DNA of 64,000 bases from positions 2,418,001-2,482,000 of the forward strand of contig OZ218957.1 of NCBI GenBank assembly GCA_965112735.1, written 5' to 3'. Position numbers and translations under genes: made by a program. The DNA is from Phaeosaccion multiseriatum (taxonomy: Eukaryota > Protista > Ochrophyta, other classes). Under the pieces are notes generated by a model. The model made no database searches. It was not told the origin of the DNA and saw nothing but the letters and a program-made list of their open reading frames with translations. Each line of letters starts with the position of its first letter. Within the stretch, counting starts at the first letter, position 1. Below, in pieces: positions 36,776-50,544 of this stretch.

Positions 36776-37723
36776 CTAGTTGGGTGGAGAAGCTGGCTCT
36801 GTACTCCACTTGTTCTCCTCTCGAAGCCGCCGCTCAATATCCGGAGAGAGTTCCCCTTCAATACCCAGTGTTTCCTGTATGTCAAGAGGGGTGGAAGGCG
36901 TTGTGGTCAGGCGCAATGCGGTGTGGCGCCAAGGGAGAGGGGCGAGAGACGTGTAGGGATGGGGGGGAAGGGGAGGGGATGGGAGGAGAAAAGAGAGAAA
37001 GGAAAGAATACGACGGGGTGGTAGGGGGAGGTGGGGGGGGGAGGGACAACAGTTAGAGAGAGGCACAAGAGGTGAAGGAAAGAGAGGAGAGCTGACAGCA
37101 GCAGGTGGATGTGTGGTGGAACGGCGCCCGCTCCCGCCCGCAACATGCCCCTGACTGTGTCTGTGCTGCCCATGTTGACCTTACAGTCTGCGCTCCCGCG
37201 CACTCCCTCTCTCCCTCCCCTTCATCCGTCGCTCCCTCCCTCTCCCTCCTTAGCGTCCCTCTCCCTCCCTCTCTCCCTCCCTTCCGGGTGAGGGCAGGCC
37301 AGGGCACCAAAAGTAAAACGACTTATGACTGCCTCGTGCTCGGCCCGCCGCTCTCCCAGAGACAAAACGCCAAATGTATATCTCCCTCACTCACTCACTC
37401 ACTCCCTCACTTACTCCCTCCCTCACTCACTCACTCCCTCACTCCCTCCCTCCCTCCCTCCCTCACTCACTCACTCGCTCACTCACTCCCTCACTCACTC
37501 ACTCACTCACTCACTCACTCACCCGCACTTGATCCGGAGTCTTGTTCATGATGAGTAAGCCGAGTGTGGCCGAGGTAAGGTCGAACAGAGGCTTGATGTC
37601 CATGTAATTGGCTGCCAGCATGAGCTCTATAAGCATGCTGGTGCCCCCCAGGCCCTCCAGGAAGGAGCAGTACCACTCCTGCACGTGGTCTTGGACAGTG
37701 CGACCGAATTTGATGGGCTAAGC

Positions 37724-37762
<39 letters not shown>

Positions 37763-38103
37763 TGTGTGTGTGTGAGTGAGTGAGTGTGTACACCGGTGTG
37801 TGTGGGGGGGGGGGGGTGGGGTTGGAAGGACGGAAGGAAGGAAGGAAGGAAGGGACGTGAGGAGAAGGAGGGAGGCGGGTGGGGCGGGAGGCGGGAAGAA
37901 CATTTGAGAATGGGGGGGGGGGGGGCAAGACAAGAGACAGAACACAAAAAGGGGGCGTAAGGGAGAAAGCGGCTGACAGATGGGAGTCGTTGGCTCATGT
38001 GGTGCCCATGTCAGCCCTTCCTTCCTCTCGGGCCTTGCTACCGCGGCGGCCTCTGTGCGTGTTTCACGCTTCCTACCTGGGGGAGCTTGCTCATGGGCTC
38101 CTC

Positions 38104-38199
<96 letters not shown>

Positions 38200-38762
38200 A
38201 GAGCCACACACACACACAGAGAGTGAGAGAGGAAAGCGACGGAGAGTGAGCGAGGGAGGGAGGGTGTGTGTGTGCGAGAGGGGGGGGGGGGAGAGGGAAT
38301 GAGAAAGAGAGAGGGCGAGTCAAGCAAGCGCAAATCCGTCGGTCTCAGACTCTCTCTTCACCACGGACCCACAGCAGGCCTGTTTAGGCATGGCATGGAG
38401 CGAGCAAGTCACAGTCGCCCCTCTAGATCGTATCGAGTTGGGCGGGCCGGGTGGGCCGAGGCGTGTCTACATGTTTCGAGGAAAAAAAACGAGGCACCAA
38501 TCGAACCTGATGCCAAAGTATAGAAGGGCAACACTACCCCACTAAACCAGTATTGCGGGTTGCCCTTCTATCCTTTTTCCGCCCAATATATATACTATAG
38601 GGTAGGGAACCTTTCAATCACCGGCAGTCACTCTCGGCTCTTCAGCCCCGCACCTTACGCACCTGACAGTGATTGCAGAAGTCCACTACCTGTGAGGAGG
38701 AGGAGGAGGAGGAGGAGGAGGAGGAGGAGGAGGAGGAGGAGGAGGAGGAGGAGGAGGAGGAG

Positions 38763-38799
<37 letters not shown>

Positions 38800-38861
38800 A
38801 TGGATCATGCACGGGGCATTGGTCAGGCAACGGAAGGAGGAGAGAACATTGAGGATAACAG

Positions 38862-38895
<34 letters not shown>

Positions 38896-39455
38896 AAAAA
38901 GCCAGCACCCCTCAGAAGCTGGGAGGATAGCACAAGCGGGGAGGGGGGGAGGAAAGGAAGGAGAGGGGCCCTGTGGAGGAGGGAGGGAGGGATGAAAAGA
39001 GTGGCACGTCCAGCGAAGGGAGGGCGACCCCCTGAGATGAAAGTACACACGGCTGCGTACCTTGGAGAGCACCTCACTCTTCATTGTGGGCAGCGGGATG
39101 CCTTGCTCGTCGCTCTCGGAGGCCCAGCCTGGTGTGGAGAAGGGAAGAGGCAAGGCAGAGCGAGCCCCGATCAGATCTTATCTCCTCTCCCACCTTTTCC
39201 CTCTCAATCTACCCTCTTTTTATTCCCATGCTCTGCTGTGTCGTGTGTCTCACGTTCACCTCTCATGTGTTTCCAGTCCTCTCCCCTGTTCCTTCAAAGC
39301 GTGCCACCAACACCCCGGCCTGCCCTGCTGCTGAGCCTTCCAAGCAGCTTACCGTCAATGGTCACCTTCACGAGCTCACTGAGGACAGCGGCTTCCCGAC
39401 TGAGCTTGTGCTCCGAACCGCTCTGGCTCACCAGGGTAATCTCCTCTCCCGTCAT
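36776..39455 (-). CDS. SKP1: SKP1-like protein (172 aa)
   Basis: Exons 39455-39353, 39128-39061, 38689-38663, 38103-38077, 37717-37523, 36874-36776. ITLVSQSG, IPLPTMKSEVLSKVVDFCNH, LMLAANYMDIKPLFDL, KTPDQVR, REENKW. Confidence 0.92.
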
Positions 39456-40063
39456 CCCCTTCGCCACCACAGCCCTGTCTCGCGGTCTTATTGCACAAGT
39501 GGTGCTCCTCCACACAGCAGCAGTAGAAGCCGTAGCAGGAAGAGATAGGGATGGGGAGGAGAAGGTTTGGTAAGGCAGGGAGTCCCGGGGGGCCCTGGTC
39601 GGATGCGAGGGCGGAAAAGTAAAATTGCCCAAGAGGGAAGAGCCAGACGACGTGTAGCAGCCAAAGGGAACCCCCAGATAAGCAGCCGGGGCGAGAGCAG
39701 CAGCAGCCAGTGCTGATTTCCTCGTGTGCTTGACGATTCACTGCGTCGATATCCCCCCTCTCTCTCAAGGGGCTAGGGGGGCGATCCATCACATTGCAGG
39801 CTTAGAAACTTGGGAGAAAGGAGCCTCCGTGAAGGGGGGGACATTGGTGTGTGGAGAGTAGGCGTGGGGAACAGGGAAGGAAGGCGATGTTCTGGTCCAA
39901 CGATTGGAGAGGCACATGAGAGGCGTGACTGCGGCAAGGGAGGAGAGGGCACCGTACCCGCATGAGGAGTAGGTCACTGTGAGAAGGACGGCTAGTATCA
40001 CTGCCCGTCGCCTAGCGCGGGGGAGGGGGGGGCGGGGCGAAGCTTCCACTGTAGGCGCGAAGG

Positions 40064-41220
40064 ATGGAGAGAGAAGAACGGAGGGAGGAGAGGGGGGAAG
40101 AGGGGCAAACAGCTCCTCCATCGGGAGTAACACAGGTCCCTGCATCAGACGCAACGTTGGGTGTTGGAGGCGAAGCGGATGGAGGAGAAGTGGTGCCAGC
40201 ACCAGCAGTAGCAGTCGGTGATCTTTCACCCCCCTCGACGCCAAGTGCTGCCGCATCGGAGGTGCCTACAGCTTCAGTATTAGCAGCAGTAGGACCAATA
40301 GTAGGAGGAGTAGCCGTAACAGAGGAGGTGAACAGGACCACAGCGGCGACCGCAGGAGTGGTAGCAGCCGCTGTACCGGAAGAGAGTCAAGCAGGAGCAA
40401 GCTCGGATGGAGGGGAGGTGGGCCAAACAGGGACCGCAGGGGACAAAGAGAGAGTCTCATCCAGTCTCGGAGCTAGCGCGGAGGACTCAGACAAGGAGTG
40501 CCCCGCCTTACAACAGAGCTCTACTCCAAGTCAGGAAAGCAGCAGCGAGATGGGCATGCACAAGGCTGTGACAGACAAGGCAGCAGCAACAGCAGCACCA
40601 CCACCACTTTGTGATACACCACCAGTAGCACCACCGCCAGGAGCAGCAGTAGGAGTAGTAGCACCACCGCCAGGAGCAGCAGTAGAAATAGAAATAGAAG
40701 CGAATGGGGAGAAGGGAGAGGAGGAGGGAGTGGCTCTGGGGAAGATGGTTGAGAATGAGATGGAGAAGAGCGACACAAAGGGAAAGCAGGCACCAGCAGT
40801 AGCAGCAGCAGCAGCAGTAGTAGATCCACCTGCACCACCACCACCAGCAGCCGCGGTGGAAACAGAAGCGAAGGGGGAGAAGGGAGAGGAGGAGGGAATG
40901 GCTGTGGGGAACATGGTCGAGGAAGAGATGGAGAAGGGCGACACACCAAGAACTGCAGTGAGTCCCCGGCCACAAGAGGTGTGCCCTTCCCCCTCTTCTT
41001 CCTCCTTGACTGGGAAGGAAGGGATCGGAGCAGCAGTAGCAGCAGCAGCGGCAGCAAAAGCAGCAGTAACAGCTGTTGCAACAGCAGCAGCAGAGGGGAT
41101 GGAAACCGAGGGAGCGAATGGAGCGGCGGGGGCTGAGAAGGAGCGTGCTGTGGAGAACATGGTCCAGGAGGGTGTGGAAAAGAGCGACACAACGGAGAAA
41201 GAGGCCACAGCAGTGGCAGA

Positions 41221-41253
<33 letters not shown>

Positions 41254-42514
41254 AGAAGCAGCAGAAGCAGCAGCAAAGCCGATGAGGAATGAGGGAGGTG
41301 GGGATCAGGACAGCAAAGGTGATGGCAATGCGAGCAGCACCACCAGCAGCACCACCTCCGCCGCCACCCCCGCCACCACCACCACTACAACCCGCAGCAG
41401 CAGCAGCGGCGGCAGCAGCAGCAGCAGCACCGCCACCACCATCATCACCACCACCAAGGCATGCCGTACCACCCGCAGCAACGGCACCAGCAGCACCAGC
41501 ACCAGCACCAGCACCAGCGCCAGCAGCCGGGTGCGTAGCAAAACGCCGGGGCGCAAGAGTCGGGGCGGTGGCAACAAATGGAAGCAGGCCTCTCAAGACG
41601 AGGCACCCCGCCGCCCTACTCCTCGCCAAGCGGCAGCCGCGGATGGAAAGAGGAGAGAGGAGGAGAGGAGTAGAGAGGCTGCAAAACGCATCGCTGATAT
41701 GGATGTGAGTTTGGAGTTTGGAGTTTGTGTCTTTTTTGGGGTCTGGGAGCTTCCTTTGCTTGTTCTGCTTACTCCCTGTCTCACTCACTCTCACTCACTC
41801 ACTCACTCACTCACTTGCTGTTGCTTGCTTGCAGGAGGAAAAGAAGAAGCACTGGAAAGAGAGTCACCCGTACCCGCCTCGGAAGGACGCGGCAGAGGTG
41901 GAGAGGAGGAAGAAGAGACAGCTGCAGCAGCAGCAGTTGGTGATACAGCAGCAGCAGCAGCAGCAGGAGGAGGAGGAGGAGAAACAGGAGATGATACAGC
42001 CCCAACCCCACCACAAGGAAAAGAAGAACACCAAGAAGAAGAAAAATGTGAGTCTGGGTTTGAGTTTGCGCTTGCGCTTTGAGTGTTGCATACAGGCACG
42101 AAGATGGATATGTCGGATCGTGGGATCGATTCTTGGTGAAGGTCTAATGAACTGAACTGAATTGATCTGAACAGGCACAGAAGCTTTCTTCTTCTCCTAA
42201 GGTCACATAAACTGAAAATATTTTTTATTTTTTTTAGAGAGAGGTTAGAGATACATTCTGTGGATGATGACTCACGCATCGATCTCTGATGTGCGTAAGC
42301 GAATATGAACTGTCTGTCTGCTGATCTCCCATCCTTCTCACCTCGCCCACCCGCCCACCCGCCCGCCCGCCCGCCGGTGTCCGGTGTATGTGTAATACAT
42401 ATAATATATGTGTGTGTGTTCCCATGAGAAGGAGCGTAGGACGAGCGCCACTCTCGCTGTGGACCCCGCGGCGGAGAAGCTGGCGGTCAAATTTGCGGAG
42501 GCGAAGAAGGCAAA

Positions 42515-42569
<55 letters not shown>

Positions 42570-45500
42570 GCAGTTGGTGGTACAGCAGCTGTGTGTGATA
42601 CACCATCGCCAGAAGAAGGACAAGAGGCAGGACAAGAGGGAGGGAAGGGTGGGAGAGGGAGTGCGAAAGAGGGAACAGTAGCATCAGCAGCACCAGCAGT
42701 ACCAGTAACAGAGGATGAAGACGAAGAGCGGACGGGGGCAAGACAAGGGAAGAGAGGCCAGGGGAAGGGCAGGAAGGGCAGCAGCGAAGGAGGACAAGAA
42801 GGAAGAGGAGGGAGCAAGGACAGACGAGGAGAGAGAAGAAAGAACGAAAGGGTAGGAGAGAGGGGGGGAGAGGGGAGAGGCGAAAGCGGAGAAGGAGGGG
42901 GAGAGGGGGGTAGCGAAAGCAGATCACACCGTCACCGCCGGAGGGAGAACTCCGGCAGTGAGAAGGGCAGTCGGGAGGAGATTGTGACGACGGAGGGGAA
43001 GAAGGGTGGTCACAGAAAGCTGACACTGGCTGCCAGCGAGAAGAGCAGTCAGGAGGAGGCAGCGACGGCGGAGGAGGAGCATACGAGCAGCCAAGTCGCA
43101 GAGACGGAGGAGCGGAGTCAGACTCGGAGTCGCAAAAGGTCGATACCGCCCAACGAGAAGGTCAGTCGTCACAGTCAGGAGGCAGAGACGGAGCAGAAGG
43201 GCAGTCACGAAAGCTCGATGCCGGACGACGAGAAGGTCAGTCGTCACAGTCAGGAGGCAGAGACGGAGCAGAAGGGCAGTCACGAAAGCTCGATGCCGGA
43301 CGACGAGAAGGTCAGTCGTCACAGTCAGGAGGCAGAGACGGAGCAGAAGGGCAGTCACGAAAGCTCGATGCCGGACGACGAGAAGGTCAGTCGTCACAGT
43401 CAGGAGGCAGAGACGGAGCAGAAGGGCAGTCACGAAAGCTCGATGCCGCACGACGAGAAGGTCAGTCGTCACAGTCAGGAGGCAGAGACGGAGCAGAAGG
43501 GCAGTCACGAAAGCTCGATGCCGCACGACGAGAAGGTCAGTCGTCACAGTCAGGAGGCAGAGACGGAGCAGAAGGGCAGTCACGAAAGCTCGATGCCGGA
43601 CGACGAGAAGGTCAGTCACGAGACAGAGACGGCGGAGCAGGGCAACGAGGGTGAAGAGACGGAGCAGCAGGAGAGCAGTCACGTGAGTTCGATACCTGCC
43701 AGCGAGATGTTCAGTCGTCAGAGTGAGGAGCTAGAGACGGAGCAGAAGAGCAGTGAGCGGGCAGAGACGGCGAAGGGCCCGCAAGATGCTGAGACGGAGC
43801 AGCAGAAGACGACTTACAGGCAGGAGGCAGCAACGGAGCAGAAGAGCACTCAAGAGATAGAGACGGAGCAGCAGAAGACGAATCCCAAAAGTTCCCCATC
43901 GCCCAGTGAGAAGAGCAGTCAGGATGGAGAGACGGAGGAGCAGAGCTGTCAAGCTACAGAGGCGGAGGAGGAGAAGAAGAGCAGCCACGTGAGTTTAGAC
44001 CCTGTCAGTGAGGAGATGAATCACACTCAGGAGGTAGAGACAGAGAAGGGCAGTCAAGACGCAGAGACGGAGAAGCACAAGAAGGGGAATGATCAGAGTG
44101 CGATGCCGGCCAAGAAGAGGAATGATCAGAATGCGATGCCGGCCAGCGAGAAGGAGATCAGTCAAGACGCAGAGATGGAGGAGCAGAAAAGCAGTGAAAG
44201 TACAACAGGGACCGAGAAGGACAGTGAACATGTAGAGACGGAGCAGCGCAAGGGGAGTCGCAGACGAGGTGTCAGCGAGACGGAGAGTGTGAGTCAAGGC
44301 GGAGGAGAAAAAGAACACTCGACGAGGGGGCACAGGAAGCGGAAAGCGACCAAAGAGAAAAGCACTGAGGACGGAGAGACAGAGGAGAAGAGCAGTCATG
44401 ATGGTGAGAAGGAGCAGCGCAAGAAGAGGAGTCACAAAAAGGGCATATCGGCCAGCGACAAGAGCAGTGAGGAGGGAGAGACGCAACAGAAGAAGAGGAG
44501 TCACAAAAAGGGCATATCGGCCAGCGACAAGAGCAGTGAGGAGGGAGAGACGCAGCGGAAGAAGAGGAGTCACAAAAGGTTGGTACCAGGCACGGAGAAG
44601 AGCCCCCAGGACAGCAATCCACCGAAGAGTGTTTCCAAGAGAAAGAGGGATGGGAGCAAACAGGCCAACGAGAGTGATCTGGAAAAAGAGAGCGAGGAGC
44701 GGGAAAATGAGGAGGAGGCGGAGGAGGGAGTCATCATCGCGGACGGCCATCGTCCACGTAGGATAAGTAGGAAGAAGAGTAGTAAAGCCAATGGTATCAG
44801 CAACAGCATCAGCACCAGTAGCAGGAGCAAGAAGAAGAAGAAGAGGGAAGAGATGCAAGACGACATCAGTGGTAGCGAGAGTACGGCAGCTCCCAACAAA
44901 GGCAAGCGCAAGAGAAAGAGCGGGGGGGGCAGTGGAGGAGGAGGGAGTGGCGGGGGAGCTCCAAGTACGAGTGCCCAGGAGGTTGACAGTGTGAGGGTTG
45001 AGGGAGACAAATCAGTAGCGGCAGCGGCAGCGGCAGCGGTTGCAGTTGGTGATACAGAGGCTCCACCCAGGAAGAAAGGCACAGCCAAGGGCAAGAGCAC
45101 AAGCAAGGGCAAGGGCAAGAGTCGGAGTAAGGCAAGAGGCGGAGCAGGTGGTGATACGGCAGCAGCAGGTGGTGATGCAGCAGCAGGGCGCAAGCCGCCA
45201 AGTCGGTCCAAGGCGGAGAAAGCGTGGGAGAATTTCGAGGTTGCCTTGCTTGGGGGGCCCTCCCACTCTAGCCGTCCCCCCCCGGACATCCTCCCTCAGC
45301 TGTGGAGGGACTCCGAGGTCCTCATGGGCAGGAGGGAAGGAGGGCCGGACTCGGTCTTTGGCTCCAACGTCTGGGACGAGACATGCTTTCAGGTAGAGAG
45401 AGACAGAGAGAGAGGGAGAGGTATACTTTCGTTGGGTCTCTCTCTCTATCTTCCTCTTTTCTTCATCCTTCTGCCTGGAGTGCGGGATGGGATGGCAGTG

Positions 45501-46812
45501 GATGGGGCTGGCAGGGGCGGATGTGTCTCTGTCTCTCTGGCTCCTCCTGTAGAGCCTTTGTGGAGGTCTGATGATGTTGTTCCTTGCAGAGCTGTCGTGA
45601 TTGCTTTGCCTCTGCTCACGCCCCCTTCTTTCTGTACTCTGACCGCAGGCACCACCGCAACCGGAAGGACATGGAGCCAATAGCAGCGGCATCGGCGACA
45701 GCATCGGTGACAGTAACATTAGCATGAGCAGCACTGGGGGCAGGCCCCGCAGCAGCCGAAAGCGAACCACGTGAGTTCATATCATCATTTATGCCGCAGA
45801 GAGGGGGATTGAGCTAATGGGGTGGAAGTGTCTTTTCGCCCTCCCTCTCTCCCTTCCTACTCCACAATCTCTGTCTTGGCCTCTCCCTGGCACCCCACCG
45901 GTTTTTAGGCGAGGAAGGCAACGTGCTTCTTCCTTGTGCACCCACCACCCGTCATCCGCCAACCCCATTGGCCTTTTCAACACACTGAACCCTCTTTGCC
46001 GTCCCCCCACCCACCCCTACTACGCCCCCGTCTCCCCATCCACTGCTTTCCACCCCCTCTCCCCCCTTCTCCCTCCTTCAGTGTAAAGGACAAACGTGAG
46101 TGCCGTGCGTTCGCCAACCATCGCTGGGCTGTAAGAGCCCTTTACCTAGGGGGGGATGGCAGTGGATGGGCATGCATTCACCTAGGGGGGGGGGGGATGG
46201 CAGTGGATGGGCATGCATTCTTGGCTCTATCTCTCTCTTCTCTCTCTCTATCATTAATAGCAGCGCGGTCAGGAACACAATGGAGCAGCACACTGGATGG
46301 ATGCCGCTTGCAGCACACCGAATTGTAGTCCTCCTCATTCTCCTTTTCCACTCATGTGTTGAACCTGTGCTCTCTCCCTCCCTCCCTCCCTCCCTTCCTC
46401 CCTCCCTCTCTCTCTCTCCATCCCCTCTCCTCCCCTTCTCCCCCCCCCTGGTCTCACAGAGATGGTTGACATCATGTCTAACACAGGGGGGGACAGTCAA
46501 CACGCGCACACCTTCTGCCCCTGCGAGGAGCACAGCGCAGAGGGGCCGTATGGACCTCAGGTTAGGCACAAGAGGCGCATGTGTGTGTGTGTGCGTGCGT
46601 GTGTGTGTGTGTGTGCGTGTGTGTGTGCACGTGCGTGCGTGTGTGTATGCGTGTGTGTGTGCACGTGCGTGCGTGTGTGTATGCGTGTGTGCATGTGGTG
46701 CGTGTGTGTGCGTGCATATTGCGCGTGTCTATGTGTACGTGTGTGTGTTCGTGTGTGTTCATGTGAACTACCATCCATTAGATGCGGTTATGGACCGGTG
46801 CGGCACCTCAGA

Positions 46813-46844
<32 letters not shown>

Positions 46845-49576
46845 CCGACGTTCCTTATTCCTGCCCTGCTTCTTATTCCTTGCTCACACGTTTGCCATCT
46901 GTCTCCCTGTCTGTCTCTATCATCTCTCCCCCACTGTCTCTGCGTGCCTCTCTGTGCCTCGCTGTGTCTCTGTCTGCCTGTCCGTCCGTCTGTCTCTGTC
47001 TGCCTGTCCGTCCGTCTGTCTCTGTCTGCCTGTCCGTCCGTCTGTCTCTGTCTGCCTGTCCGTCCGTCTGTCTCTGTCTGCCTGTCCGTCCGTCTGTCTC
47101 TGTCTGCCTGTCCGTCCGTCTGTCTCTGTCTGCCTGTCCGTCCGTCTGTCTCTGTCTGTCTGTCCGTCTGTCTGTCTCTGTCTGCCTGTCCGTCCGTCTG
47201 TCGGTCTCTCATCTCACATCTCCCTCCTGTGGAACACTCAGCCCTGGAAAATCAAGGTTCGTGTCCGTATACCTCAGCACGACTGTGTGCACGTGTGTGT
47301 ACGTGTGTGTGCGTGTGTGTGCGTGTGTGTGTGTGGGTGGGTGTGTATGTGTGTGTGTGCGTGTGTGTGTGGGTGCGTGTGTGTGGGCGTGTTGTGCGTG
47401 TGTATGTGTGTGTATGTGTGTATGTGTGCGTGTGTGCATGTGTGTGTGTGTATGTGTGTGCGTGTGTGTGTGTGTGCGTGTGTGTGTGTGTGTGTGTGGG
47501 TGTGTATGTGTGTGTATGTGTGTGTGTGCGTATGTGTGTGTGTATCTGTGTGTGTATGTGTGTGTGTGCGTGTATGTATGTATGTGTGTGTGTGTAGGCG
47601 TGGCGGCGGCTGCGGCCCAACGGGGTGGGAAGGAAAGGAAGGGGGCAAGCAGAGACTTACGTTCTTCTCCTCCTCTTCCTCCTCCCCGCTCACTCACGGT
47701 CCGTCGCCTCACCTCTGCCCATATGCCTGATTGATGTCTGCCCGTATATCCGATCTGTCCCTTCGTTGCCCATCAATTTCTCACAGGCCTTACCGCTGCT
47801 GCCGCTTTTTCGACCTGGTCTGTCTGTCTCGTTTACTCTTTCTCACACCCCCCTCCCCCCCCCCTCTCTTCCTCTACCTCTCTCTCCTCTCTGCTCGTGT
47901 TGTTGTTGTTGGTGCTTCGCTTTAGGTGCATCCGGACGTGGCCTTTCTGACGGATTTCCACGCGCACCTTGCCGACAGTGAGATCATCGGCCTGCTCGGA
48001 GGGAAGTGGGACAGCAAGACCAGGTAAGCAAGAGGTGTGAAACTGTCTGCTGTTAGTATTAGTGTTTGTGTCGTTTGTCTTGAAACTGTCTGCTTTTAGT
48101 ATTAGTGTTTGTGTCGTTTGTCTTGAAACTGTCTGCTATTTTCATTGGGCACGGGAATCGGAGAGAGAGAGTGGGAGGTTTTTTCTTGTGGGTTGGTTGT
48201 CTGCGAGTGCGTATCTGTGAGTGGGGCTCTAGAAGTGGGTAGGGAGCGGGCATGGTAAGACGAGACGGGGAGGAAGGAGGTCATCGCGGCAGCGGCAGCA
48301 GCAGTTGATGATACAGCAGCAGTTGATAATACTGCAGCAGCAGCAGTTGATAATACAACAGCAGCAGCAGCAGCAGCAGTTGATAATACAACAGCAGCAG
48401 CAGCAGCAGCAGCAGTTGATGATACAGCAGCAGCAGCAGCAGTTGATAATACAACAGCAGCAGCAGCAGTTGATGATACAGCAGCAGCAGCAGCAAGGCC
48501 TGATGTGCGGTGGACCATCGGAGAAGATACGGTAGCATTGTTTTGGTTTTGTGCTGTTTTATTTGCTCTCTCACCATCATCTATCAACACCTCTTTCATC
48601 TCGTGTTTTCCTCCTCCTCCTCCTCCTCCTCCTCCTCCTCCCCGCCCCTCAATGCACCCCCGTAACGCGGCATGAACGGGAAACTCCCAGCACGGTGCAC
48701 ATTCAGGTGAGTGTGAGTGTGAGTGTGCGTGTGAGTGTGAGTGTGAGTGTGAGTGTGAGTGTGAGTGTGAGTGTGAGTGTGAGTGTGAGCGTGAGTGTGA
48801 GTGTGAGTGTGCGTGTGAGTGTGCGTGTGAGTGTGAGTGTGAGTGTGAGTGTGAGTGTGGGTGTGTGAGTGTGAGTGTGAGTGTGAGTGTGAGTGTGCGT
48901 GTGCGTGAGAGAGTTCATGATTATTGAAGTGGACTGGGCACGTGAGAGAGTATGTGTATGATGTGTAGGGTATGATATGTATGATATGTATGATATGTAG
49001 GGTATGATATGATATGTATGATACGTTGGGAGTGTATTGGATGGTGGTGCTGTTCAGCTCAGTTCAGCTCCGTTCACCTCAGTTCCTGTTTAGTTCTTAG
49101 CTCCCGTCCTTCTCTCTCTCCTCGTCTCTCTGTCTCTCTCTCTGTCCTCCTTCGCTTCTTGACCGTTGTCATTGCTTTGACTGAAATTCTCTCCTCTCCT
49201 CCGCTTTCCTTTCCCTTCTTGTCGATGTTCTGCTCTCTTTGTCTCGTTGTGTTTGTGTTATCTGTTGTGTGTGCTGGGCTGTGCTGTATTGTGTTGTTAA
49301 TAGGTGGCGGTTCCCTGTCCTTCCGTGGACTTGACTGGCGGAGGAAAGACGGACGTCGTGATGGATGACGTCACACAGGTTAGGGAGGGGCGAAGGTGGG
49401 AAGAGAGAGAGAAAGAGAGCGAGTGAATGAGAGGCAAAAAGAAAGCGTGTGGGAGGTGGAAGAGGGAGAGAGACAGAGGAAGAGGGAGTGGGTGAGTGCG
49501 TGAGTGAGCGAGTGGAAGAGAGGGGAAAGAAAGAGGGAGCGAGTGGAAGAGACTGACACATGCACACACACATACA

Positions 49577-49640
<64 letters not shown>

Positions 49641-50512
49641 TGCACACTCACCCACGTCGATGCGTTGTGTATACCCCTCCCTCTGAAGGTCAACATGAAG
49701 CTGCTGCTGGAGGACAAGGACCTTCGCGTGGTTGGGTGGTACCACAGCCACCCAACCTTCGAGCCGCAACCTTCTGTAACCGACGTCCAGAACCACGACA
49801 AGCAGCAGGGCTACAAGGTAAGGGTGAAAAAAGGCAAACCTAAGATTACGTAATTGCGGTTGTGTGTGGGTGTGTGTAGGGGGGATGGGATGGGGTGTGT
49901 TGGGTTGGGTTGCGTTGTTGGTTTGGTGGGGTGGTGAGGTGCGTCCGTTCTAATGCCTCTCTCTCTCTTGCTCTCTCTCTCCGCCTCTCTCCCTCTCCCT
50001 CTCCCTCTCCCTCTCCCTCTCCTTGGCCCTGTCTCTCCCTCTTGCTCGTGCTGCCCCCATTCATTTCCCTTCTTGCTCCCTTGCTCGCTCTTGCCTGCAT
50101 TTCGTAAGTTGGAGTGCAAGGAGGCCAAGGCGAATGAGCGGAGTGAAGAGGAGGAGGAGGAGGAGGAGGAGGAGAAGGAGGAGGAAGAAGAAGAAGAAGA
50201 ACAGGCAGCGGCGGTGGCGGAGGAGGGGGGGGGGGGTAGCGGGGCGAAGGGGGCGAGTGCTGCGGGTGCGGAGACACAGAAGGAGGGGGAAGGTTCCCAG
50301 AACCGGAAAGAGAAGGAGGAGGAAGAGATGAAGAAGCAGGAGGATGATGAGAAGGAGACGCAGCAGCAGCAGGAGGAGGAGGACGACGACGACGAGCGCC
50401 GCCCCTTCGTAGGCCTAATTGTAGGCACTTATGACACTGCCCACCCGACCTGTGCCAGCACACAAAACTGGTTCCACGTCATGACACGCAAGGTGAGCAG
50501 TTGGTGATACAC

Positions 50513-50544
<32 letters not shown>

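Noticed and set aside
43153-43617. CRISPR-like regular repeats
   Set aside because: In-frame coding tandem repeat without unique spacers
46100-47734. 544-aa and 422-aa Cys/Val-rich ORFs
   Set aside because: Mostly intronic (GT)n and minisatellite; only short exons of the MPN gene are real
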